64,000 nt of DNA from a virus: IMG/VR virus record IMGVR_UViG_3300033144_007170, positions 29,557 through 93,556 of that record, one strand, 5' to 3'. This document shows positions 8,901 through 17,997 of the stretch, piece by piece. The translations under genes were made by a program, and so were the position numbers. Under the pieces are notes generated by a model. That model was not told the DNA's origin and ran no database searches. It saw only the letters and a program-made list of their open reading frames with translations. Position 1 is the stretch's first letter. Each line of letters starts with the position of its first letter.

Positions 8901-9341
8901 TTATTTCTTTTTACCTATTTTGACTGTAATGCTGGCATTAGGTATTGTTTCCGCTATTTTATCAAAAAAAACAGTGCCTAATTTCTTCCGGGCATCCGCT
9001 ACTTTTACAGACACCATACCTAAAAATTCAGGGCTTCGTCCCAACTCCTCTAAAAGATTTCGCAGATCGAGAGGTTCCATAGTTGAAGTCGCCCTACCTA
9101 AAAGTTTTACCGTCCCCTTTTCCCCGTAAAAAGATTCTCCAGGTACCCCCGCCCCCCTAAAAAAACTTTTAAAGGCTTTTGCCTTTTTTTCTATTCTATC
9201 TAAATCCTCTTTAACGGAAAGAGCCATATCAACTATATCTGATACAGACATATCCTTTTCTATTCCTATAGATTTAAGAAACCTAATCTTAGCCCTCTGG
9301 ATATTAATAATTTCTTCTTTTGTCACTTTCTTTTGTTCCAT
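8901..9341 (-). CDS. hypothetical protein
   Basis: 146-aa ORF with strong SD AAGGAGG, abuts primase. Confidence 0.65.
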   Translation of the reverse strand: MEQKKVTKEEIINIQRAKIRFLKSIGIEKDMSVSDIVDMALSVKEDLDRIEKKAKAFKSFFRGAGVPGESFYGEKGTVKLLGRATSTMEPLDLRNLLEELGRSPEFLGMVSVKVADARKKLGTVFFDKIAETIPNASITVKIGKKK

Positions 9342-9356
9342 TTCCGCCTCCTTAAT

Positions 9357-9548
9357 TTATTCTAATACTTCTACTTCATGGATATGCCAATACGCTGCAC
9401 GACTATATTCTTTATAATCTGTGTAATACCAAGAAATCGCTTCCCAATACTTTTTCTTGGAATTCTCCATTTCCGTTATGGCTTTTGCTTCATCCTTTAA
9501 AACAACCGCCTGCATACTGTCATTCATACAAATTATATAGGCTATCAA
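9357..9548 (-). CDS. hypothetical protein
   Basis: 63-aa ORF downstream of promoter 9586-9614. Confidence 0.55.
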   Translation of the reverse strand: MIAYIICMNDSMQAVVLKDEAKAITEMENSKKKYWEAISWYYTDYKEYSRAAYWHIHEVEVLE

Positions 9549-9585
9549 GGCAATTCCCTTTTTTATTTATTTTTGATTGAAATTA

Positions 9586-9614
9586 TGTATAGCATAGGAT
9601 TAAATTTAAGTCAA
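9586..9614 (-). promoter_or_regulatory. sigma70-like promoter
   Basis: TTGACT-17 nt-TATACA with TGn extension; same motif recurs in other intergenic gaps. Confidence 0.65.
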
Positions 9615-9622
9615 CATCTATT

Positions 9623-10933
9623 TTAAATAAAAGCAATAGGCATATTATCTCTTTCATTACCGAAATTTTCTTCCGCATCTTCGAGTTCAAAATCATTAGT
9701 CATGCCAGATAAAACTGTGTTTTGGGAAAAGACCATCCTATTGAAATCCAATTCTATTCGTATTTTTCCGGTCTCCCCTTCTCTCCCCTTTAATAATTTT
9801 AAAGTACGGTATTGTACAGGCAAACTTAATGTAGAATCCTCCACTCCTTCAGTATCAAGAGATATTGCTATGGAAGACAATTGCGCTACCCCGTCACTAT
9901 ACGCCACTCCTTCCAAAGTCCCAGGGGCTGTTTTATTGAATTGAAAAGTTATATATATCGGTATATTTTCGGTTAAAGCTATTTGTTTTAATACTTCTAA
10001 TACGTGTAAAATCCGCTCCCATCTCTGCCCCCCTTTTGCGGAAGTTCTAATTAAATAAGCACCGTCTATATAAACAATACTTGGGTGATAATGTTTTATT
10101 TGAGCGTATATTCTATCTATCGTTCCAAAAATACCCCCTGACAGCCATTGAAAGGACTCTTGAGAATCCATAAAAACTACATCTTCCTCTAATCTCCGTA
10201 TCCCAAAAGAAGACACCCGTCCAAATCTCAATCTATTATAATTCAGCCCTGTCCGTAATGCAGATAATCTTCTTGCGCATTGGGATATAGGCATTTCCAT
10301 ACTTATAAAAAGAACCTTCTCCCCTATACTATGTGCATGCCTTGCCTCGTCCAATATAACATAACTCTTACACGTCGAGGGTCTGCCAATTAAAGAAATT
10401 ATGTCCCCGCCGCCCATTCCTCCAGAAACGAGGTTTAAATAAGGAAAAGCAAAAGGGATTCCTGGTATTTCTATAGGGTTTTGTTGTACTCTATTATGTA
10501 AATCGATTACTTCTTGAGCGGCCTCCTTTATAGATTGTACGGAATAATCATTTCTGCTTTCTTCTAATTGGATATAAACATTTTGAATGCATTCTCTGAG
10601 TCGTAATAAATCCCTACGCCCCATCGCATCTTGAGCTTGGGATAGTATAGTCCCAGCTTGTAACAATAACGATCTTTCTTTTACTTGATCTATCCAATAA
10701 TCTAACGGTTCTATTGGAAAATTGTCCCACGGAACCTTAATGCCAGAAGAGACTTCTATTGTATCTAAAGTAGGGAGTTCTCCATAAGAAAGATAAAATT
10801 GCTCTATCGCCGAAAATACAATACGCTCCTCTCCTTGGAAAATATCATTAGTTATACCTTTATCAGATAGGGATACTAAAGCTCCAGGACCTTGATGGAT
10901 AACAGATTTTAAAAGACCATACCCTACACTCAT
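9623..10933 (-). CDS. dnaB: DnaB-like replicative helicase
   Basis: GRPSTCKS Walker A variant, LFISMEM, VYIDGAYL, QFNK, LKGREGE motifs. Confidence 0.88.
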   Translation of the reverse strand: MSVGYGLLKSVIHQGPGALVSLSDKGITNDIFQGEERIVFSAIEQFYLSYGELPTLDTIEVSSGIKVPWDNFPIEPLDYWIDQVKERSLLLQAGTILSQAQDAMGRRDLLRLRECIQNVYIQLEESRNDYSVQSIKEAAQEVIDLHNRVQQNPIEIPGIPFAFPYLNLVSGGMGGGDIISLIGRPSTCKSYVILDEARHAHSIGEKVLFISMEMPISQCARRLSALRTGLNYNRLRFGRVSSFGIRRLEEDVVFMDSQESFQWLSGGIFGTIDRIYAQIKHYHPSIVYIDGAYLIRTSAKGGQRWERILHVLEVLKQIALTENIPIYITFQFNKTAPGTLEGVAYSDGVAQLSSIAISLDTEGVEDSTLSLPVQYRTLKLLKGREGETGKIRIELDFNRMVFSQNTVLSGMTNDFELEDAEENFGNERDNMPIAFI

Positions 10934-11436
10934 ATATTATCACCGGATTTTAAAAATTCCCTAATTGAAATCATTTCTTCGCATCGGAATAAAGAGGTTA
11001 CATAAATAAAGGGTTCATTCAAATTATGCCCGTTTATACGAATGTGCTCTCTTGCGGCCTTTTCTGTAAAATGAGCATTTACAAATTTATTTTCATCTAT
11101 ATAATAAAGTTTTTCATAACCACATACTTCCGCCGCCCCCTTAGATAAACTACCCGCCTCTTCTATACGATTATCGGAAGAACGGTACCATTCAAAGGTA
11201 TCGGAATACTCCTCAGTTAGACCATAGATACGTTCTTTTTCAAAAACACAGAATAAAGGATTGGCAGTTATTCGATTATCTTGTGTTTTTATTTCATGAG
11301 CGATCCCTCTAAAATCTATTTTTGTCTTTCTTTCCGGAATTCTCCGCTTAGAAGAAAAAAGCGAGGGCGGGGCGGGAGGCGGAGGGGGCTTCTTTTGTAT
11401 GTTCGGGGGTTGCGGATTAGATTCTTTTTTACTCAT
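10930..11436 (-). CDS. phage hypothetical protein (Ead/Ea22-associated type)
   Basis: QDNRITANPLFCV...AHFTE.AA..HIRINGHNL..P.IYV.S..R..EM phage motif; Pro-rich N-terminus. Confidence 0.6.
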   Translation of the reverse strand: MSKKESNPQPPNIQKKPPPPPAPPSLFSSKRRIPERKTKIDFRGIAHEIKTQDNRITANPLFCVFEKERIYGLTEEYSDTFEWYRSSDNRIEEAGSLSKGAAEVCGYEKLYYIDENKFVNAHFTEKAAREHIRINGHNLNEPFIYVTSLFRCEEMISIREFLKSGDNI

Positions 11437-12071
11437 TATTCTCCTTTCAAAACTATATATTTTGTCATTCTATCTCCAAATAAATCCCTTGCTTGCCACC
11501 CAAAAAAATCAACTAAAGGTGCAGAGTGTTCAAGTGCTTCTTTCTTATTTTTTGGCAATGTTTCACTGTATAAACTACATATAAAAGGTTTCTTTTGCAT
11601 TTTTCGATCAGTCAGTAATTCTATGATTTTAGGGCGAGCCTTTATATACCCCGGATGAATCGCTTCAAAACACGGAAACATTAATAAGGCACAGGTTTGT
11701 ATAGGTAGTTCATCGTCTGCGGGTAAAAAGGATTGCTTCCCAAAAGCAAATTCTATGAGCCCCTGCGGGCTTTTTATTTCGGCATTGAGATTTGTAGATA
11801 AGACAAAAGTTGCGGCGACATAGGCATACAATGTTCTAATATAAGTAATGGAATCGGAAAAGCAAACTACCCATTTTCTGCTTTTTGTACATATTTGAGT
11901 AATTAAGAACTCGATTCTCTCCTCCATTAATACTGAAGGTTTAGAAAATACAAAATCTGGAATTTTCCTATCTTTTAAATAATACAATGCCCATCTATAG
12001 TTAGACAATTCTGTATCTATCTCCCAAGGTTTTACTACCTTAAACAGGAAAGATTTGTTTTCGTTCTGCAT
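11436..12071 (-). CDS. hypothetical protein, possible degenerate helicase loader (DnaC-like)
   Basis: near dnaB; ELLTDRKMQKKPFICS resembles DnaC/IstB C-terminal motif; no Walker A. Confidence 0.4.
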   Translation of the reverse strand: MQNENKSFLFKVVKPWEIDTELSNYRWALYYLKDRKIPDFVFSKPSVLMEERIEFLITQICTKSRKWVVCFSDSITYIRTLYAYVAATFVLSTNLNAEIKSPQGLIEFAFGKQSFLPADDELPIQTCALLMFPCFEAIHPGYIKARPKIIELLTDRKMQKKPFICSLYSETLPKNKKEALEHSAPLVDFFGWQARDLFGDRMTKYIVLKGE

Positions 12072-12495
12072 TCAGTAAAGAAGTCTCCTTTTTTCTATCT
12101 TCGGTTAAAAAAGAAATAATATCGTTTTTACAGTAAAGAAATGCTCTAAGATTTGGGCGAGTCGGCATAGCCATTTTTTTATTCTCTACTGTACTGAACT
12201 CGTGTTCAGCAATATCATCCACCCATCGGATTACCAAATCTTTTGCTATATCCGCAATTTTCTGTGTATCTGCTTTCTGAGAAAGTTGCTTAATAAGATG
12301 ATTTAACATCCCCTGATCTTTCTTTGTTATGCCTGCGGGAACCCCAAATCCTTCTTCTTTGAAGTGTCTCTCAAAAATACTAATAAATAATCGGGAAGTC
12401 ATAGGTTTTTGCAGTTTCTTTACAAATTTAGCAATTTTCGCATTCAATGCTTTCTGCTTTCCTTGGAGAATAGCCTCCCTTAGAGTAAGCTTCAA
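12040..12495 (-). CDS. hypothetical protein
   Basis: 151-aa ORF in coupled operon. Confidence 0.55.
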   Translation of the reverse strand: MKLTLREAILQGKQKALNAKIAKFVKKLQKPMTSRLFISIFERHFKEEGFGVPAGITKKDQGMLNHLIKQLSQKADTQKIADIAKDLVIRWVDDIAEHEFSTVENKKMAMPTRPNLRAFLYCKNDIISFLTEDRKKETSLLNAERKQIFPV

Positions 12496-12763
12496 TTATT
12501 TCCCCTAAATGCTTATTTAAATATTGTATTTCCCATTCTAATGCATCCGTTCTATTTATAAATCCATTTTGTAATAATATAACATTTGAAAAATAAGGAG
12601 GAATTCCCGCCACTGCCCAATATCCCCTATCGTTGTTGAAAGTAACAGCAGTTGCTCTTTTTATATTAGGCAAACCTATTCTCTGTAAATTCATTGTATC
12701 CGAATACACAGAAGTAACCGTTCCGTCTGGACTTATAATTATTTTAAAGGGTTTATTTTTCAT
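12428..12763 (-). CDS. hypothetical protein associated with DUF1257/DUF2997
   Basis: ISPDGTVTSVYSD..IKRATAV..W..F..R.DAL.WE pattern. Confidence 0.6.
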   Translation of the reverse strand: MKNKPFKIIISPDGTVTSVYSDTMNLQRIGLPNIKRATAVTFNNDRGYWAVAGIPPYFSNVILLQNGFINRTDALEWEIQYLNKHLGEIIEAYSKGGYSPRKAESIECENC

Positions 12764-12926
12764 GGCAATTATTCTTTTCTCTGAATTGGTATTCTTTATC
12801 CGCAGCCTTACAGATAGCAGAATTCCGGGGATCGTTTTCTTTTATATTCTCAGCCAGCCATCGTAAATAACCACTCGGCAAACTTGTAATATCTTGATTT
12901 CTATATTTACCGTAAGGCATAATCAT
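12753..12926 (-). CDS. DUF3820-like small protein
   Basis: 57-aa ORF below track cutoff: MIMPYGKYRNQDITSLPSGYLRWL matches MPFGKY..LP..YL.W signature. Confidence 0.65.
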   Translation of the reverse strand: MIMPYGKYRNQDITSLPSGYLRWLAENIKENDPRNSAICKAADKEYQFREKNNCHEK

Positions 12927-12966
12927 TTATCGTCTCCCTCTACCTTCATTTTATCTAATTCCTTTA

Positions 12967-13155
12967 TTAAATTTTTACTGTAATAGAATCAGGGGTTTCT
13001 ATATAAAATTCCGTTTTCTTTTCGGATACTGCACTTTGTCCGAGGTTATTAAATACTTCAGTTAGCTTTACACAAGAGGGGCCTACTATATCCCCCACAT
13101 CCACTTCCACCTTACTACCATCAGGCGAAATTGTTATTTTAAATGTTCCTTTCAT
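12967..13155 (-). CDS. DUF2997-family protein
   Basis: ITISPDG.KVEVDV...GPSCVKLTE...LG...KTEFY. Confidence 0.75.
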   Translation of the reverse strand: MKGTFKITISPDGSKVEVDVGDIVGPSCVKLTEVFNNLGQSAVSEKKTEFYIETPDSITVKI

Positions 13156-13532
13156 AAATAAACCCCCTGTAATACAACGCTACCGTCTTCTTGAATCTCT
13201 ACAAAATCCACCATTCCTACAGTATTAGCCTGCTGTATTACTGCTTCGGTTGTGTATTCCCGACATAGCTTTTCGCATTTATCCCCAATAACTTCAGAAA
13301 GTTGATTGCGATAATTATCCCACTGTATTTCATAACCTTCTAACGTTTGTACTATTGCAGCCTCGCCTCCTCGGTTATTCGTAACAACTGCTATACATTC
13401 TATTTCGGAAGTCCAAGCAGATATATACGTCTTTTGGGTTACATCTAAATATAGATCTAAATTCTCACATGCTTTCTTTAAAATAGATAAATCCGTTATC
13501 TCTATATTTGATATTCTTTCTATACAACTCAT
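13152..13532 (-). CDS. DUF1257 (Ycf35-like) protein
   Basis: MS..I...EITDL..LKKAC..L...YEIQWD.Y...EDGSVVL; adjacent to DUF2997. Confidence 0.72.
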   Translation of the reverse strand: MSCIERISNIEITDLSILKKACENLDLYLDVTQKTYISAWTSEIECIAVVTNNRGGEAAIVQTLEGYEIQWDNYRNQLSEVIGDKCEKLCREYTTEAVIQQANTVGMVDFVEIQEDGSVVLQGVYL

Positions 13533-13649
13533 TTTATTTTCCTTTTTATAACGTTTAAACTGAGCTGCGGCGGTAAAGCCTGTGAATATCTATGGCCTAT
13601 CCGAAATGGCATGACATTCTTCCGTTGGCTCAAGTGATTGGTTATATAT

Positions 13650-14333
13650 CTATTCCTGATAAAAACACCCCTGCTTAAAAACAAAGCACTCTTGGCAATC
13701 GGCTGCTCTTGTTTCGTTTTTTGTCTCATCTAATGACAGCCAATCGCACCATATCCCGCAGCATCTTGCTACTTTTCTTTGGTTAAAATAAAGTTCGGCT
13801 TTATTAACAGTTACATCAGGACAACATATTATTTTATTAATTGATAGCTTTTTAGCTTCTTCAACAGTGTCGGCATGAAGGCCAATTCTTAAATTATCTA
13901 TTTGTGGAAAGTTTATATTTCTCCAAAACGATTTGTTTCTTGTATAACCGTTTTGTAAAATTCCTATCGCTGATAGTTTTAACATTATATCACTTATTTT
14001 ATCTGCTATTTCTGGTAGACAATCCCCCCAAGGCCACCAGTATAAATGCATAAGATTATAATCACACATATCCTCTAATATTTTATTTATTATTGTAGTC
14101 GCACTATTATCCTCAAAAAATTTATATGCTCTTCTCTCATGCTTATTAGTTTCTTGTGTGGGACAATACAGAAGACAATGCTCGGTTAAATATGCACAAG
14201 TACCACCATCTTCCGGTAATCCTACAGGAAAGATTATAGCCGGGAACATACCATCTAAAAAAACTATTTTATTATTTACGTTCATAAAGTACACCACACT
14301 CCCATTGTTGGCAAAATACTGGCCTTTTTTCAT
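13650..14333 (-). CDS. phage Gp88-like Cys-cluster protein
   Basis: LPEDGGTC..C...C, WGD and YTR motifs, C-terminal CxxC...C. Confidence 0.5.
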   Translation of the reverse strand: MKKGQYFANNGSVVYFMNVNNKIVFLDGMFPAIIFPVGLPEDGGTCAYLTEHCLLYCPTQETNKHERRAYKFFEDNSATTIINKILEDMCDYNLMHLYWWPWGDCLPEIADKISDIMLKLSAIGILQNGYTRNKSFWRNINFPQIDNLRIGLHADTVEEAKKLSINKIICCPDVTVNKAELYFNQRKVARCCGIWCDWLSLDETKNETRAADCQECFVFKQGCFYQE

Positions 14334-14511
14334 AAATAGAACATCTGTTAGCTCGTGTTAAAAACTTACACTTTTTTTTAAAAATTATAGAGCAAGTTGC
14401 AAAAGAAATTCTCAATCTATCTATAAAAGACAGATTATCGCAACAACGAGCACAATAAGCGCACTGAAATAAAATTTTATTCCCTATTTCTATTTTGTGA
14501 TCACATAGCAT
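14272..14511 (-). CDS. YkgJ-family Zn/Fe-chelating (CxxCxxCC) protein
   Basis: FQCAYCARCC...CKFL...CSIYEKRPVFC. Confidence 0.78.
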   Translation of the reverse strand: MLCDHKIEIGNKILFQCAYCARCCDNLSFIDRLRISFATCSIIFKKKCKFLTRANRCSIYEKRPVFCQQWECGVLYERK

Positions 14512-14568
14512 AGTATCTAAAATATAACATCTGGCTGAACATATATGTGTCTAAAGTATAACCTAAAG

Positions 14569-14784
14569 CTATACACGCTTCTCAAAACCGGCGCAAAAAA
14601 AGTCTTGGTTTGTCCATATTTCATCAACAAATTCTCCCCCACAGCCATACCCCATACATCCTAAATCTATATCAAGTAAGTCCTTAATTTTTTCACACTC
14701 CGCATCATTCATTTCAGGTTGCTTTACGCCGGACTCAAATTGGTATTTTAATGCTTTCCAATGTAAACACTTTAAACACTTCAT
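14569..14784 (-). CDS. Cys-rich hypothetical protein
   Basis: CxxCxHW...C...FFCAGFE. Confidence 0.55.
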   Translation of the reverse strand: MKCLKCLHWKALKYQFESGVKQPEMNDAECEKIKDLLDIDLGCMGYGCGGEFVDEIWTNQDFFCAGFEKRV

Positions 14785-15302
14785 AGTCTTATTCTCCGTA
14801 TCTGCGAAGTTGCTGGGCTTATAATAGGGATTCCCTTATCTGATTCTCTAATAACCATACGCCTGAGCAGCGATTTAGATAACGGCATCTGCTGTTTGTA
14901 AAATCCATAGGATGCGGATTCTTTCCCTAAAAGCTCTTTTATTTCTCTATCCCCCATAAATCTACCTTTGCCCGAAAAATAAGTTTTAGTGTCTGCTTCA
15001 CATATAGGTAAGATTTTTGTTTCTCTTTCGTGTATATCCAATTTAAAATAAAAAGAAAAAAATTGTTTCTGTATCCCAAAACCTTCAGTAAGAGTAAATA
15101 TTTTGAAATAAGGATCATAGGCTTCAAAAAATTCATTCTTCTTAACTATTGCATGCCCTTCTCTCAAAGACTGAAAAAATATTTTTTCTTCCATTCCTAC
15201 GGTTGTAAAACTTGGCAAAAGATGAAATAACAGAAACTTAGACACCGATCTTTTTTCTGGGTATTTAGTTACCCCCCCTATAAAATTGAAAGAATACCTC
15301 AA
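14781..15302 (-). CDS. hypothetical protein
   Basis: 173-aa ORF, coupled to next gene. Confidence 0.55.
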   Translation of the reverse strand: MRYSFNFIGGVTKYPEKRSVSKFLLFHLLPSFTTVGMEEKIFFQSLREGHAIVKKNEFFEAYDPYFKIFTLTEGFGIQKQFFSFYFKLDIHERETKILPICEADTKTYFSGKGRFMGDREIKELLGKESASYGFYKQQMPLSKSLLRRMVIRESDKGIPIISPATSQIRRIRL

Positions 15303-15340
15303 ATCAAAATTCCTTTTTTTATTTGAACACGTGTGCGGGA

Positions 15341-15706
15341 TTAAATAATATCAATATGCATAATGCCGACTTTATATTCCCCCTCCTGATAAAAATTCAA
15401 TACCCCTATTTTGTTGTCTATTCCTAAACCAAAAGAATCTTCGTATCCTATTGACTTAGCCCATTCTATTGCCAATTCAAAGTTATCCTCAGAGAAAACT
15501 TTATTTTGATCTGCATAACAAAGAATAGATTTATTTGTTACAACTATCCAAGCAGTTCTATTTTTTGGCGCTATATACCGTTTTTCATCTATATAACCCC
15601 TACATTTTGGATTACAAGTAGTAAATTTACATGGAAAATTCACACAGGTTATTTCTTCACAATCTTTATAGGAAGTCTCTAATATTTCTCCGTTTTTAGG
15701 TGACAA
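15341..15706 (-). CDS. hypothetical protein
   Basis: 121 aa, strong SD AAGGAGG, downstream of promoter. Confidence 0.55.
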   Translation of the reverse strand: MSPKNGEILETSYKDCEEITCVNFPCKFTTCNPKCRGYIDEKRYIAPKNRTAWIVVTNKSILCYADQNKVFSEDNFELAIEWAKSIGYEDSFGLGIDNKIGVLNFYQEGEYKVGIMHIDII

Positions 15707-15738
15707 TTATTTCTCCTCCTTAATTTTATTTTAAACCC

Positions 15739-15767
15739 TCTATAACATAGATAAAAACAAAAGTCAA
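15739..15767 (-). promoter_or_regulatory. sigma70-like promoter
   Basis: TTGACT-17 nt-TATAGA, TGn extension. Confidence 0.65.
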
Positions 15768-15902
15768 CAAGTAAAATATAAAGCGATTTAAAGAGACTTT
15801 TTTAGTGGAGATATAGTAGGATATGTAAAATATAAAAAGTCTGCTTATTTGATACAATGCCGTCCAATTTTTATAGAATTTATAGTTTGGCATTAAAGCA
15901 AA

Positions 15903-16814
15903 TTACGATTTAGGAATAATAGGCTTTCTGTTTTCAGGAGAAGTTTTCTTTGATTTTTTATTGTATCTAACCATTGCCGCTTCTATATTTGTGAATTTAT
16001 TATATAAATCATTGCCATTATGTATAGCGGGGGTGAATCTTTCTTTAACATGATTAGAATACCAATCTAATGCAGTATCAATTCGCTCTTCCGAAACTTC
16101 CTTATCCAAGACCAAAGTGCGTATAGAAAATAAAAATTTCTGTGTTTCAGGCACTGTGTATGCAATATTGTTATAGGGACTAAGAATATCTATTATTTTT
16201 CCAGTCAAACGGAAAAACAAAGTATCCTCTACTTTTTTTATATCCGGTATTAAATTTTCCGAAATATTTTTTTCTTTTTTCATATGAGAGGATTTTTTAG
16301 GGGAAAAATTTTTTTCGCTCTCTCTCTTTTTTTTATTAATATTCTTTTCTTTAATTTTTTTATTACTTAGTCTTTTTAGTGCGGTGTTTTCCGCCGCCGA
16401 GGTACCCGCTGGCGGGTTTTCAGGGCGTGGCTTTACGGCCTCAAGTCCTTTATTTTTTAGGGTATTCATATGGTTTTCTATATTAAATTGACCCTGTGCA
16501 TTAGCATACGCCCAAAACATTCCAACATACTGTTTTGTTTCAGCATCCCGATATCTAATCCGCCTTAAATAATCGTTTTGTTCCAATTCTCGAATTCCTG
16601 ACCTTATTGCATCCCTTCCTTCCTTCATTATTTTTTGTAAAGTAGTTATATAAGACCGCCAACCGTGCTTATTGGAGAGTAAAATACATAGTATAGCTTT
16701 CGCTTTACCGGAGATATCCGGATTTCGTAAAAGATCATTAGGTATCTGCGTAAATTTTTCTGTTGGGCTGCAATTAATCGCATCCATTAATCTATTTTCT
16801 TTTTTCATTTTCAA
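15903..16814 (-). CDS. phage replication initiator (winged HTH)
   Basis: FTQIPNDLLRNPDISGKAKAILCILLS...EGRDAIRSGIRELE..YL; Lys-rich linker. Confidence 0.75.
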   Translation of the reverse strand: MKMKKENRLMDAINCSPTEKFTQIPNDLLRNPDISGKAKAILCILLSNKHGWRSYITTLQKIMKEGRDAIRSGIRELEQNDYLRRIRYRDAETKQYVGMFWAYANAQGQFNIENHMNTLKNKGLEAVKPRPENPPAGTSAAENTALKRLSNKKIKEKNINKKKRESEKNFSPKKSSHMKKEKNISENLIPDIKKVEDTLFFRLTGKIIDILSPYNNIAYTVPETQKFLFSIRTLVLDKEVSEERIDTALDWYSNHVKERFTPAIHNGNDLYNKFTNIEAAMVRYNKKSKKTSPENRKPIIPKS

Positions 16815-16882
16815 TCTCCAAATTAGTATCTTAGTTTTAAATTAGTTAAGATTATCCAATAATTCGATCTCGTATTCTTTTT

Positions 16883-17260
16883 TTAAGAACTCCCTGTTCT
16901 CCAATATCTGCATCTTGTACAACTAAGTATATTATCAAAAACAGATTGTATTAGAGATGCTCCGCACTCAGGGCATAGGTTTGTATTTTCTTTTTCTTTT
17001 TTCTTATCTTGCATTTCATTCCAAGGATTTATTGTGGGGGCGGTAATTGCACCATTATTTTTGATGCTGGCCCAAGACCACGATTCTGCCCCCTCTACAT
17101 GCAATAAAAATTTAATTTCCCCGTCCGGTAGTTCTGGATGATTAGTAGCCCTGAGAATTTTTTGTACTGCATCGGATATATCTCTTTTTTGCTGTACTGA
17201 AAACATTATGCTCTCCTTTCTTTCTTCTCTTCCCAAGACGGTTGGGTCCACTCTATACAA
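16883..17260 (-). CDS. hypothetical protein with C-terminal Zn ribbon
   Basis: MFSVQQKRDIS..VQKILRATNHPELP phage motif (probable start 17206); CPECG...CTRC. Confidence 0.6.
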   Translation of the reverse strand: MYRVDPTVLGREERKESIMFSVQQKRDISDAVQKILRATNHPELPDGEIKFLLHVEGAESWSWASIKNNGAITAPTINPWNEMQDKKKEKENTNLCPECGASLIQSVFDNILSCTRCRYWRTGSS

Positions 17261-17433
17261 AACGCCTTAATTAATATTAATCCTTGATCTATATCTATTT
17301 TAGAAGTTGGGCTAATTCTATACTCCTTGTTTTTAAATATAATTCTTTCTATGTTATTATAGATATTATAGCTTGTTATTTTAGTGTATACATATACCCC
17401 CGTATAATCATAAAAATCTATTTGGGTTTGCAT
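17206..17433 (-). CDS. hypothetical protein, paralogue of 19881-20075
   Basis: TQI.FYD...IT.YNIY..I.RIIF..KEYRI.P...D.GL.LIKA shared. Confidence 0.65.
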   Translation of the reverse strand: MQTQIDFYDYTGVYVYTKITSYNIYNNIERIIFKNKEYRISPTSKIDIDQGLILIKAFCIEWTQPSWEEKKERRA

Positions 17434-17452
17434 ATTTTATTCCTCCTTCCAA

Positions 17453-17539
17453 AACAAAATACCCCCAAGGAATTTATGTACGGCCTGAATAAACCGTCAA
17501 ATAGCATTACTACTATTTGATTCCTTGAGGGTATTTTGT
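17453..17539 (-). other. 20-bp inverted repeat / leader hairpin
   Basis: ACAAAATACCCTCAAGGAAT...ATTCCTTGGGGGTATTTTGT on minus strand (single non-WC pair is G-U), inner hairpin TCAAATAG/CTATTTGA. Confidence 0.6.
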
Positions 17540-17599
17540 ATGCCTCTTTAACATTACAGAAATATTTAGTCGAGTCTATTCAGTTTTTACATAGTTAGG

Positions 17600-17628
17600 C
17601 TTATAACAAATATAGATAAGATTGTCAA
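17600..17628 (-). promoter_or_regulatory. sigma70-like promoter
   Basis: TTGACA-17 nt-TATAAG, TGn extension. Confidence 0.6.
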
Positions 17629-17997
17629 TACAATTATTGCTTTTTAATACTTACCTTTTCTTTTCCTATATAAAAAATATGTTTTCCTGGTTTTAATTTA
17701 GATAAAGTTGTTTTTATAAAATCGGATGCTTTCTCACAAGCCGTTATAGTATCGTATCCTTGATTTTGTAGTATTTTAACTAATTGTTCTTTTACCATAA
17801 TAGGAACACGTGTGCCTTTTATTTTCTTGTGGGGATTATATAATCTATTTCGGTATCTCTTAAAGTTATGGAATAAAACCCCCAGCAAAATATTATAGCA
17901 TAACCCTCCGGGAATAAAATTGTATATAAAGAGGGCAACCAATAAAAGATCTTTCTATTTTTTTGTAATACACTTTTAAAGTTTTCTATTTTCATAA

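Noticed and set aside
13529-13729. ORF 13529-13729 (and similarly 17634-17942) as called in the track
   Set aside because: Overlaps or doubtful starts; real genes are probably shorter, so not listed
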